From Clostridiales bacterium (GTDB lineage: Bacteria; Bacillota; Clostridia; Lachnospirales; Lachnospiraceae): 43,315 bases of DNA. A model generated the notes under the pieces. The model searched no databases. It saw nothing but the letters and a program-made list of their open reading frames with translations, and was not told the origin of the DNA. Of the stretch, positions 20,919 to 30,161 are shown one piece after another (the stretch's first letter is position 1; each line of letters begins with the position of its first letter). Both the position numbers and the translations under genes were made by a program. The stretch spans positions 1-43,315 of the forward strand of contig JAJUHH010000001.1 of assembly GCA_029267975.1 (NCBI GenBank), given 5' to 3'.

Positions 20919-23426
20919 ATGTCGGAGAATAGGGAATTTACTGCAGATATGCCGTTAATGATTGGGATTCGCAATATTACAGGGGAAGCAAGACACTGGC
21001 ATAACAGAATTGAATTATTTTTAGTATTAAGTGGTGATCTAACGATTATTGTAGAGACAGAGACCTATCATCTGATGGAAGATGATATTATTCTGATCAA
21101 CAGTAATCAGGTGCATGAGATTGTAAGCAGCGATAACGTAACTGTGGTTCTTCAGATCAATTATTCCTATTTTAAGAAATGGATGGATGAAACCTCCTTC
21201 TTCCATTGTAATTCGACAACCTTTCATAATAAGTCAAAATATACGGAACTAAAAAGAATGATTGCCCAGCTGATCTATGCCAACTATAACGACACTGAGC
21301 ATAATGAGCTGCTGACCATATCCCTGGCTTATCAGATTATCCTGGAGCTGATTAAGAATTATAAAGGGCCTGAGCAATCCTTAATGAATAAAAACACCAA
21401 GCATTTACAGCGGTTAAGGGCTATTTTACAATATCTTAACAGTAATTATATGGAAAACATTACCCTGGAGCAGATTGCTGAGAAGGAGTTTTTGTCACCC
21501 TCCTATTTTTCGCACTTTTTTAAGGTGAACATGGGTGTCAGCTTCTTCAATTATCTGACCGGAATTCGGATGAATCATGCGGTCAACGATCTTCTCAACA
21601 CAAACCTGACCATGGAGCAGATTGCGGCCAACAATGGCTTTGCCAATAGTAGATATTTTGTGGACTGTTTTAAAAGAAAGTACGGAGTACTGCCTAAGCA
21701 ATACCGTAAGGAGCATAAGCAGGAGGTTAAGAATCGGTCAGCAAATTCCTTGAGCTCGGATTATTATAAGGGATATCTTGTGATGGAGCATATTGATTAT
21801 CTGAATAAGCTGGGAGAATATCTGGATACCAAGAAGCTGAGAAGCCCGGTAAATAACAAAAAGAGTATTCCCTGCCTGGCAATTGAGATTAGTTCTAATA
21901 TGGTAAAAAAGCATCTGAAGCATACCTTTAAAACCTTTACCGGGGTCGGACGGGCAAAGGAGATCTTAATGAGCCGTATTCAAACGGAGCTAACAATGCT
22001 TCAGAAGGAAATTGGTTTTAAGTATATAAAGTTTCATGGCTTATTGGATGATTCCATGATGCTATACAATGAAGACCGTTCCGGAAACCCCTATCTGACC
22101 TATCATTATGTGGATGAGGTGTTTGATTTTCTGTTATCCATCGGACTGAAGCCCTTGGTTCAATTTTCCTTCATGCCCAGAGCGCTTGCACAAAACCCAA
22201 ATAACACTATATTTTATAATCCATCTATTTTAAGTGAACCGAATAATATGGAGCATTGGGAATTCCTGATCACAGAGCTGACAAAGCATTTTATCGAACG
22301 ATATGGTATTACAGAGGTCAGAAGCTGGCTGTTCACCTTCTGGAATGCCCCTTATCAACCCTATGTGTTTTCCTTTGATTCGGATGAGAGTACCTATGAG
22401 CTCTATAAATCTACCTGGAAATGTGTCAAGGAATGTGACAGTCAGCTCCGCTTCGGATTGCCCTCCTATGGCCCTTTCTTTATGGAAAGTGAAGATTATT
22501 TTGAATTCATCAGAAGGACCCTGAGGGAGCAGTGTCCGCCGGACTTCTATAATTACCATTGCTATCCGGTAAATACCTCCGATGTAACGGAGATGATCAT
22601 TCTTGGAGACAACTCCTCCAAGTTTGCTTCCTTTGATAAAATGACCCTGTCCGAAGACCCGAATTATATGGCTCACATGATTGCGAATCTGAAGGAGAGG
22701 CTGTCGGAGTATCCCAAGCTTCCCATCTACATTACAGAATGGGCCTCCTCTTCCTCTCATAGGGACTGGCTGAACGATACCTGCTACCGGTCAGCTTATA
22801 TCGTAAAAAACATCCTTGAGAATTATGATGAGGTAGGCAGCTTTGGTAACTGGTGCCTGTCTGATACCATGGAGGAGATTCCCTATGATAATGAAATGTT
22901 TCATGGGGAGCTGGGTCTCTTTACTTATCATGGCATTAAGAAACCTGCTTATTATGCTTTTTACTTCCTGAATAAACTGATGGATACATTGATTGACAGT
23001 GGGAAGGGATATTTTATTACTACTAATCAGAAGGGAGATTATGCAATCCTTCTATATAATTATATTCATATCTCACCTATGTACTGTCAGGGTATTCTCT
23101 TCAATGTTACCTTTTTGGAACGCTACAATGCCTTTGTCAGCTCCGATCCCTGCAGCTTTGAATTTACCTTAACGGATGTAGCCAATGGTAAATATGTGCT
23201 TACAGAGCAGGTGGTGAACAGGGAGCATGGAAGTGCCTTTGACGAATGGGTACGCATGGGAGCCTTGCCCTTAACCACCCAGGAGGAGATCGAAAATCTA
23301 AAGGGCCGTTCTATGCCCCTGGTCACCAAATCTGTCAAGAAGGTGACGGATAATTATATGAATTATTTTGCCGAGCTGCAGCCCCATGAGATCAGGTTGA
23401 TCTTAATTCATAAGCAGGTAAATTGA
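20919..23426 (+). CDS. AraC regulator fused to a C-terminal GH39-like domain
   Basis: Cupin (HWHNRIE), double HTH (LSPSYFSHFFK...GFANSRYFVDCFKRKYGVLP), then GH39 motifs IGFKYIKFHGLL, FSFMP, WNAP, HCY, ITEW. Confidence 0.9.
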   Translation: MSENREFTADMPLMIGIRNITGEARHWHNRIELFLVLSGDLTIIVETETYHLMEDDIILINSNQVHEIVSSDNVTVVLQINYSYFKKWMDETSFFHCNSTTFHNKSKYTELKRMIAQLIYANYNDTEHNELLTISLAYQIILELIKNYKGPEQSLMNKNTKHLQRLRAILQYLNSNYMENITLEQIAEKEFLSPSYFSHFFKVNMGVSFFNYLTGIRMNHAVNDLLNTNLTMEQIAANNGFANSRYFVDCFKRKYGVLPKQYRKEHKQEVKNRSANSLSSDYYKGYLVMEHIDYLNKLGEYLDTKKLRSPVNNKKSIPCLAIEISSNMVKKHLKHTFKTFTGVGRAKEILMSRIQTELTMLQKEIGFKYIKFHGLLDDSMMLYNEDRSGNPYLTYHYVDEVFDFLLSIGLKPLVQFSFMPRALAQNPNNTIFYNPSILSEPNNMEHWEFLITELTKHFIERYGITEVRSWLFTFWNAPYQPYVFSFDSDESTYELYKSTWKCVKECDSQLRFGLPSYGPFFMESEDYFEFIRRTLREQCPPDFYNYHCYPVNTSDVTEMIILGDNSSKFASFDKMTLSEDPNYMAHMIANLKERLSEYPKLPIYITEWASSSSHRDWLNDTCYRSAYIVKNILENYDEVGSFGNWCLSDTMEEIPYDNEMFHGELGLFTYHGIKKPAYYAFYFLNKLMDTLIDSGKGYFITTNQKGDYAILLYNYIHISPMYCQGILFNVTFLERYNAFVSSDPCSFEFTLTDVANGKYVLTEQVVNREHGSAFDEWVRMGALPLTTQEEIENLKGRSMPLVTKSVKKVTDNYMNYFAELQPHEIRLILIHKQVN

Positions 23427-23582
23427 ATAATAGGTGAATTAAATAAATGGGCTTGCATTTTTGAAGTATTGTATTATTATAAAGAAGATGCAGATAGCAG
23501 ACAGCCCGGTTCTCAGCATATGAATAGAGAGCGTTTAGGACTGACAGGGAACTTTTTAGGCATGTGAGAGGAAGGACGGAAC

Positions 23583-24362
23583 TTGAAGATAGGAATATTT
23601 GACTCAGGGATCGGTGGGCTGACAGTGCTTCATGAGGCAATGAGGACCCTGGGATCGGAAGACTATATCTATTATGCGGATACGGATCACGTCCCTTATG
23701 GGACAAAGTCAAAGGAAGAGATCATAGCTTATGTGGATCAGGCAGTACAGTTTTTGATCAGCAAGGGGGTAAAGGCAATTGTCATTGCCTGCAATACGGC
23801 AACCAGCGCGGCAATTGATTATTTGCGCAGCAAGTATGCCTTGCCGATCCTGGGAATGGAGCCGGCGGTGAAACCAGCTGTGCAGCAGTGTAAGGGGAAA
23901 AGGGTTATGGTGATCGCAACGCCTGTAACCGTCAGAGAAGAAAAGCTGCATAATCTCATAAGGCAGGTGGACGATGAACATCGTGTGGATCTGCTTGCCT
24001 TACCCGGTCTTGTAACCTTTGCGGAGTCAGATGGCTTTGATGCTCCTGAGGTGGAGGAGTATTTACGAAAAGAATTTACTCCCTATAGGCTGGAAGACTA
24101 TTCTGCTTTGATTCTGGGATGTACCCATTTTAATTATTTTAAGAATACCTACCGCAAGATCTTTCCGGAATGTGTGGCTTTTATTGACGGAAGTATAGGA
24201 ACGGTAAAGCATCTGAAAAATATTCTGAGCGAGCAGGGGCTTCTGGAAAGTAACTCCGGCAGTGTCGAATACTATATGTCCGGTCGTCCGGTACGGGATG
24301 AGAAGCTGCTGAAACGATTTGAGAAGCTTCATGAACGCTTAGAGCAAATGTTAAAATATTAG
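23583..24362 (+). CDS. murI: Glutamate racemase
   Basis: IGIFDSGIGGLTV, PYG, IACNTA, LGCTHF catalytic cysteine motifs. Confidence 0.95.
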   Translation: MKIGIFDSGIGGLTVLHEAMRTLGSEDYIYYADTDHVPYGTKSKEEIIAYVDQAVQFLISKGVKAIVIACNTATSAAIDYLRSKYALPILGMEPAVKPAVQQCKGKRVMVIATPVTVREEKLHNLIRQVDDEHRVDLLALPGLVTFAESDGFDAPEVEEYLRKEFTPYRLEDYSALILGCTHFNYFKNTYRKIFPECVAFIDGSIGTVKHLKNILSEQGLLESNSGSVEYYMSGRPVRDEKLLKRFEKLHERLEQMLKY

Positions 24363-24398
24363 CTGGGACAAATCAATTGAATAAGCAAAACTTAATAC

Positions 24399-24448
24399 AA
24401 AGAGAAGATTATTCCGCATTTATTGTGAGCGGAGCAATCTTCTCTTTT
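24399..24448. terminator. Bidirectional intrinsic terminator
   Basis: AAAGAGAAGATTATTCCGC...GCGGAGCAATCTTCTCTTTT between convergent genes. Confidence 0.75.
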
Positions 24449-24561
24449 CGTTTTATCACTTTATTTATCTATCGCACTTAATAAACCCGCATCAGCTTAG
24501 TACAGATGAAATCATGCGGCTTAGATCATGATTGCTCCGATCAATCTTGATCCCATTAAGC

Positions 24562-26250
24562 TCAATAATATTGCTCATGAAAATGCTTTGCCAGCTTATT
24601 TGCCGTCTCCTTGCCGGAATATAGCGCACCCTGCATCCAGCCATGTTTATTGGAGACATGCTCTCCGGCCAGGTAAAGCCGCCCATTAAATTCCGGCCGG
24701 GTCAATTCATAGGTAAAGAGGCTTTTCTGTCCGGGTAGAGTGCAGGAGAGGGCTCCCAGAAAGTTGGGTTCAGCATTCCAATGCACCATCTGACATTTTA
24801 ACACCAGAGAGTTTAGAAAGCCTCTGGGCAGGCCATGGACCTCTTCCAGGTTCTGGCGGATCAGCTCATAGCGTCTGGGATCCCTCAAAGCTCCCAGGCG
24901 AACCGCGTTCTGACCAATGCTATAGGAAGCAACAAGGACACCTGGCTCTTCCGGGCAAGAGGGATTCATGGATAGGAAGGCGCATTGATTGTGATCACTG
25001 GGATAAAGGATGGATTGTATGGGAAGATCCGTCTGTGAGATACCGCCCAGGATACTTCCGTAATCCGTATTCCGCTCCCAGAAGCGGCGATTACACAAAA
25101 ATAAAGTTTTCTGGACATCGATATAATTGTACTCCAGAATTGCCTGCGTTTTCATATTACTGAAGAAGGGCTTTATCTCAATATTCCTCAGGGTGGTAAG
25201 AGGAATAGCACAGATGACATAATCAAAAATATCGGCCGTATCCGACCGTTCAGATTTACAGCTGTATTTTACCACGATCTTGTTGCGGTAGTCGGACTGA
25301 TAGATGCCGGTTACCAGCTGCCCGCTCCGATAAGTAACGGTTCCTAAGGAGGCAGGATCGATATCGCTATATTGCTTCGGGTAATCCTCCCTGAAGGTTT
25401 CATAAAAGGCCAGAGGGAGGTGGATATTGCCGCCCTCGATCCGGTAGGCGTTGCGTAAATCCATGGAGTAATCTTCCTGGGCCAGCTCATCATAGCTGTT
25501 ATAGAGTAAAGAGCCAATACTTTGATCTACCGCGGTCAATAGATTAATTGCATCCTGGCTTAAGCCCAGTGTCTCAAAGTTCTGACGAAGACTGATCTCC
25601 ATCAGAGGTTCAAATTCCGGCGAGTATTCCGGGAGGATCTGAAGGAGCTGGGAACGCTGTTCCGGAGACAGGCTGCGGTAGCGGTGGGTCATGGCATAAT
25701 GGCTCAGTTCCTCAAAAGGAGTATTGCGCTCCTGTGGTGTCAGGTTATATTTTGGATAAAGATATTGTTCTATGGAGTCGGTCACCCGGAGCCTGGTATT
25801 ATGTACATACAGAAAATTATTGCGTTTGGGTGAGCTCATGGCCTGGGTATTCAGGTGAAATAAGTTGATATAATGCCAGGAGGTTTCATGGCTGACCGGA
25901 ATGCGCGCAGCTCCGAATTCCCCATAATATTTGCCGCCTGTATCAAAATAGTGGGTATAAACCCTTCCGCCAATTCTGCGCTCGCAGGCTTCCAGAACGG
26001 TTATTTCGGCGCCCAGCTTACGCAGCTCAAAGGCTGCGCTTAATCCGGCGAGACCTCCTCCGATGATACCGATCTTCACTCCCCGCAGATCTCCCGGAAG
26101 CGCATAGTTGGTGATGTCCGGAGGAGGGCTCAGGAGCTTAACGATATAATCAAAATCCTCTGTTCTGCCTTCCTCTTCTAAGGCATTTCTTAGAAGCTCG
26201 TGTCGCATATGGTCTGTTGGGTTCGATACCTGGTTCAAAGGAGTATTCAT
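24562..26250 (-). CDS. Flavin monoamine oxidase / L-amino-acid oxidase family protein
   Basis: IIGGGLAGL...EA..RIGGRV, EFGAARIP, AGEH...GWMQGA motifs; GGAGG before ATG 26250. Confidence 0.88.
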   Translation of the reverse strand: MNTPLNQVSNPTDHMRHELLRNALEEEGRTEDFDYIVKLLSPPPDITNYALPGDLRGVKIGIIGGGLAGLSAAFELRKLGAEITVLEACERRIGGRVYTHYFDTGGKYYGEFGAARIPVSHETSWHYINLFHLNTQAMSSPKRNNFLYVHNTRLRVTDSIEQYLYPKYNLTPQERNTPFEELSHYAMTHRYRSLSPEQRSQLLQILPEYSPEFEPLMEISLRQNFETLGLSQDAINLLTAVDQSIGSLLYNSYDELAQEDYSMDLRNAYRIEGGNIHLPLAFYETFREDYPKQYSDIDPASLGTVTYRSGQLVTGIYQSDYRNKIVVKYSCKSERSDTADIFDYVICAIPLTTLRNIEIKPFFSNMKTQAILEYNYIDVQKTLFLCNRRFWERNTDYGSILGGISQTDLPIQSILYPSDHNQCAFLSMNPSCPEEPGVLVASYSIGQNAVRLGALRDPRRYELIRQNLEEVHGLPRGFLNSLVLKCQMVHWNAEPNFLGALSCTLPGQKSLFTYELTRPEFNGRLYLAGEHVSNKHGWMQGALYSGKETANKLAKHFHEQYY

Positions 26251-26528
26251 CTTGACCTCCATTTATGCAATGGTCATTACAATAGAAATATATGTTTCCA
26301 CTTTCAAAATATAACAAAATAAGCCAAGCGGGGATGATAAATCTACAGAAGGAATAGTGTTTGTCTATAATATGACAAGTACCGAGCCTGTATATGAAAG
26401 ACAAGGAAGGATGATCACAGCTGCCTTCACCAGCGCTGAAAATCAATGAAATAATGGGTAGAAATCTTAACATGAGTATGAGCAGTAACATATAACTCCA
26501 GGTAATGTCATTCATTAATTTTGCTAAA

Positions 26529-26557
26529 TTGAAAAAAGTAAAAAGATTCTATAAGAT
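26529..26557 (+). promoter_or_regulatory. sigmaA promoter of the xpt operon
   Basis: TTGAAA-17bp-TAAGAT. Confidence 0.55.
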
Positions 26558-26640
26558 ATATAAATATTAAGAGCGCAGATGAAAAAGGATGCAGCTCCCC
26601 GCATAAGGAAAAGGGAAAGCAAGGACAAGCCTGCGCATGA

Positions 26641-27228
26641 ATGGAGAAAATAATGCAGCTTTTAAAAGACAGGATATTAAAAGATGGCAAGGTTCGGTCC
26701 GGAAATGTGCTGAAGGTAGACAGCTTTTTAAACCATCAGATGGATATTGAACTGTTTGAAGAGATTGGCAAGGAATTTAAGAGAAGGTTTGCAGATCAGA
26801 CCATAAGCAAGATCCTTACAATTGAGGCATCGGGAATTGGGATTGCCTGTATCGCTGCCCGATACTTCCATGTTCCGGTGGTATTTGCCAAGAAGAATCA
26901 GACCAAGAATATCGCTGGGGATGTCTATACAGGTCAGGTGGAATCCTTTACCCATGGCAGGGTCTATGACATTATTGTAGCGAAAGAGTTTCTTCGCCCG
27001 GAGGACAGGGTGCTGATCATTGACGATTTTCTGGCTAACGGGGCTGCTCTCTTGGGACTGACAAAGCTCGTAAGGGATGCCAAAGCCACCTTGATCGGAG
27101 CAGGGATTGTGATAGAGAAAGGCTTTAAGGACGGCGGTAAGCTCATCCGGGAAAGTGGAGTAAGGGTTGAATCCCTTGCAATTATTGAGTCAATGAGCGA
27201 AGAAGAAGGAATTGTTTTTAAAGACTAG
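26641..27228 (+). CDS. xpt: Xanthine phosphoribosyltransferase
   Basis: LKVDSFLNHQ, ILTIEASGI, VLIIDDFLANG PRPP motif. Confidence 0.95.
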   Translation: MEKIMQLLKDRILKDGKVRSGNVLKVDSFLNHQMDIELFEEIGKEFKRRFADQTISKILTIEASGIGIACIAARYFHVPVVFAKKNQTKNIAGDVYTGQVESFTHGRVYDIIVAKEFLRPEDRVLIIDDFLANGAALLGLTKLVRDAKATLIGAGIVIEKGFKDGGKLIRESGVRVESLAIIESMSEEEGIVFKD

Positions 27229-27331
27229 ATAAACCTGATTTACTTTGGGCGTCAGCCTTGTAAATATGTAACCAGGGAGTTATCCCGAAGCCAGGCCAAG
27301 AGCCAGGTCATATGAAGGAGGAGAAAACAAC

Positions 27332-28549
27332 ATGTTCAAGAAACTATCATCACTTGCCCTTGTAGCTGTAATGGTTTTATCCCTTGCTGCATGCGGCACC
27401 ACAGACAAAGGGAATGCGACAACAACAAGCGGGACAAAGGCGACTGATACACCTGCTCCCACACAAGCGGCAGCAGAGGAAGCATCCACAGGGGATAGCG
27501 AAGCGACCAGCGGTCTTTTTGCTCCGATTGCAAAAGAGGATATTAAGGTTGGCGTAATACATATCGGTGATCCTGCAGACGGTGCAGGCTATACCTTTGC
27601 TCATGATCAGGGTATCATTGCAATGCAGCAGGCTCTTTCCTTGAGTGACGATCAGATTATCCGTAAGAACAATGTAAATGATGCTGATGCAGTGGCGATC
27701 AGAACTGCCATTGAGGAATGTATTGAGGAAGGCAGCAACATTATATTCGGTACCAGCTGGGGCTATATGGATACCATGGAGGAATTAGCTTCCGAATATC
27801 CGGATATCATTTTTTCCCACTGCTCCGGTTACAAGAGCAACGGCAGCAACTTTAATAATTATTTTGGACGTATCTATCAGGCACGTTACCTTTCCGGTAT
27901 CGCAGCCGGCTTAAAGACCCAGTCTGACAAGATTGGTTATGTGGCAGCTATGGGCAGTGATAATTCTGAGGTAACAGGCGGAATTAATGCCTTTGCCATG
28001 GGCGTTGAGTCAGTGAATCCCGATGCAAAGGTTTATGTTAAGGTTACAAACACCTGGTTTGACCCTACTTTGGAGCAGCAGGCAGCAGAAGCACTTCTGG
28101 ATGCAGGCTGCGATGTGATCGCACAGCATGCTGATACCACTGCTCCTCAGTTGGCAGCGGAAAAAAGAGGGGTGTGGGGAATTGGTTATAACTCGGATAT
28201 GACCAAGGATGCTCCTAAGGCTCATATCACTGCTCCTGTATGGAACTGGGGTGCATACTATACCAGTGCAGTAAAGTCTGTTATCGACGGAAGCTGGGAT
28301 GGCTCCAATTACTTTGGTGGTATGGCAGAGGGACTTGTAGAGCTCTCTCCTCTGAGTGAAAATGCTGCGGAAGGTACAGCAGAAGCAATTGAGGCTGCAA
28401 AGCAAAAGATCCTTGACGGTTTTAAGGTATTCGAGGGCAATATTGTTGATAATGCCGGCAATCAGATCAATCAGGACGGAGCATTTCTCTCAGATGCGGA
28501 TATTACCGGCAAGATGAACTGGTATTACAGAAATGTGGTAGCAGAATAA
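27332..28549 (+). CDS. BMP-family ABC substrate-binding lipoprotein (purine/nucleoside)
   Basis: Lipobox LAAC; YTFAHDQG, IFGTSWGY, RYLSGIAAG, DVIAQH motifs. Confidence 0.9.
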   Translation: MFKKLSSLALVAVMVLSLAACGTTDKGNATTTSGTKATDTPAPTQAAAEEASTGDSEATSGLFAPIAKEDIKVGVIHIGDPADGAGYTFAHDQGIIAMQQALSLSDDQIIRKNNVNDADAVAIRTAIEECIEEGSNIIFGTSWGYMDTMEELASEYPDIIFSHCSGYKSNGSNFNNYFGRIYQARYLSGIAAGLKTQSDKIGYVAAMGSDNSEVTGGINAFAMGVESVNPDAKVYVKVTNTWFDPTLEQQAAEALLDAGCDVIAQHADTTAPQLAAEKRGVWGIGYNSDMTKDAPKAHITAPVWNWGAYYTSAVKSVIDGSWDGSNYFGGMAEGLVELSPLSENAAEGTAEAIEAAKQKILDGFKVFEGNIVDNAGNQINQDGAFLSDADITGKMNWYYRNVVAE

Positions 28550-28619
28550 ATACAGTAGGCTTGGGGAATGGGCTTAAAAATACAGTTAATCCGTTTTTAT
28601 AAAACAGGTTGGAGGCATT

Positions 28620-30161
28620 GTGGAGCAGATTAATCATGAAACAATGGCGATCGAACTAAAGCAGATAACAAAGACCTTTGGTTCGGTTGTAGCAAATAAT
28701 AAAATAGACCTGTCCGTTAAGCAGGGCGAGATACTCGCCCTGCTTGGCGAAAACGGATCAGGGAAAACAACACTGATGAACATGCTATCGGGAATCTACA
28801 GACCGGACAGCGGTTCTATTTTCATTAATGGGGCTCCTGTCACGATTAACTCGCCGGAAGACTCAATCCGGCTGGGTGTGGGCATGATCCATCAGCATTT
28901 TAAATTAGTGGAAGCGCTTACTGCGACCGATAACATATTACTCGGTTCCAGGGAGAAGGGGATCTTTTTACATAAGAAAAGATCAGAGAAGATCAGGGAG
29001 ATTTCGGAGCGCTTTGGTTTGGAAGTGGATCCGGAGAAGAAGATTTACCAGATGTCCGTAAGCGAGAAGCAGACTGTTGAGATCCTCAAGGTGCTTTACC
29101 GTAAGGCGGATATTTTGATTTTAGACGAACCTACCGCTGTGCTTACCCCTCAGGAGACCACCAGACTTTTTGAAATACTAAGAAGGATGAAGCAGGAAGG
29201 CTGTGCGGTTATCATTATCACCCATAAACTGAATGAGGTGCTGGAGATCAGTGACCGGGTTACCATTCTTCGCAAAGGAGAAAGTGTTGCCACCGTTACG
29301 ACAGCAGAAACAAACGCAAGGGAGCTGACAGAGCTGATGGTTGGCCGGCCGGTGGAACTTGCCATTCATCACCTGAAGACAGATTTTCATGAGAACTTGC
29401 TGGAGGTGCACCATCTGTCGGTAGCGGATGAAGAGGGCTTTGAAACCCTGAAGGATGTCTCCTTTGACTTAAACAGAGGAGAGATTCTGGGCGTCGCCGG
29501 AGTTGCAGGCAGCGGTCAAAAGGAGCTGTGCGAAGCAATCGCGGGACTGCTTCCCTTGAAGAAGGGGGCTATTCTCTATCATAATGAGGATCTGGCGGGT
29601 AAATCACCCAATGAGATTATCAAAATGGGCATCAGTATGAGCTTTATCCCAGAGGATCGTCTGGGGATGGGGCTTGCAGCCTCCATGGGTATGGTGGATA
29701 ACATGCTGCTTAAAAAATACAACGAAGGTAAGGGGCCTTTTGTCAGTAAGAAAAAGGCCAGGGAATTGGCTAAGAAGCTGGTGAAGCAGTTGGATATCGT
29801 TACACCCTCTGTAGATACCCCGGTCAGAAGACTCTCCGGCGGCAATGTACAGAAAGTACTCCTTGGCAGAGAAATTGAGTCAGAACCCAATGTACTCATC
29901 ACAGCCTATGCGGTCAGAGGTCTGGATATCAATTCCTCCTATACGATCTATGATCTGCTGAATGAACAGAAGAAAAAAGGTGTGGGCGTGTTATTTATCG
30001 GTGAGGATCTGGACGTGATGCTGGAATTATGTGACCGTATTATGGTTCTTTGCCATGGAAAGATAACAGGAATTGTTAACGCCAAGGAAGTAACGAAAGA
30101 AGAGCTTGGTCTTCTGATGACAGATGCATCCGGGAAGGGAGGAGACGCACATGAAGTATAA
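28620..30161 (+). CDS. Nucleoside/sugar ABC ATPase (two NBDs)
   Basis: GENGSGKT, ILDEPT, IPEDR, LSGGNVQK. Confidence 0.92.
   Translation: MEQINHETMAIELKQITKTFGSVVANNKIDLSVKQGEILALLGENGSGKTTLMNMLSGIYRPDSGSIFINGAPVTINSPEDSIRLGVGMIHQHFKLVEALTATDNILLGSREKGIFLHKKRSEKIREISERFGLEVDPEKKIYQMSVSEKQTVEILKVLYRKADILILDEPTAVLTPQETTRLFEILRRMKQEGCAVIIITHKLNEVLEISDRVTILRKGESVATVTTAETNARELTELMVGRPVELAIHHLKTDFHENLLEVHHLSVADEEGFETLKDVSFDLNRGEILGVAGVAGSGQKELCEAIAGLLPLKKGAILYHNEDLAGKSPNEIIKMGISMSFIPEDRLGMGLAASMGMVDNMLLKKYNEGKGPFVSKKKARELAKKLVKQLDIVTPSVDTPVRRLSGGNVQKVLLGREIESEPNVLITAYAVRGLDINSSYTIYDLLNEQKKKGVGVLFIGEDLDVMLELCDRIMVLCHGKITGIVNAKEVTKEELGLLMTDASGKGGDAHEV

Noticed and set aside
26150-26515. 121-aa minus-strand ORF
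   Set aside because: Overlaps the amine oxidase start out of frame; no RBS or family signal
26251-26640. Guanine riboswitch upstream of xpt
   Set aside because: Conserved aptamer segments (TATAA...AATATGG...GTTTCTACC...CCGTAAA) were not found
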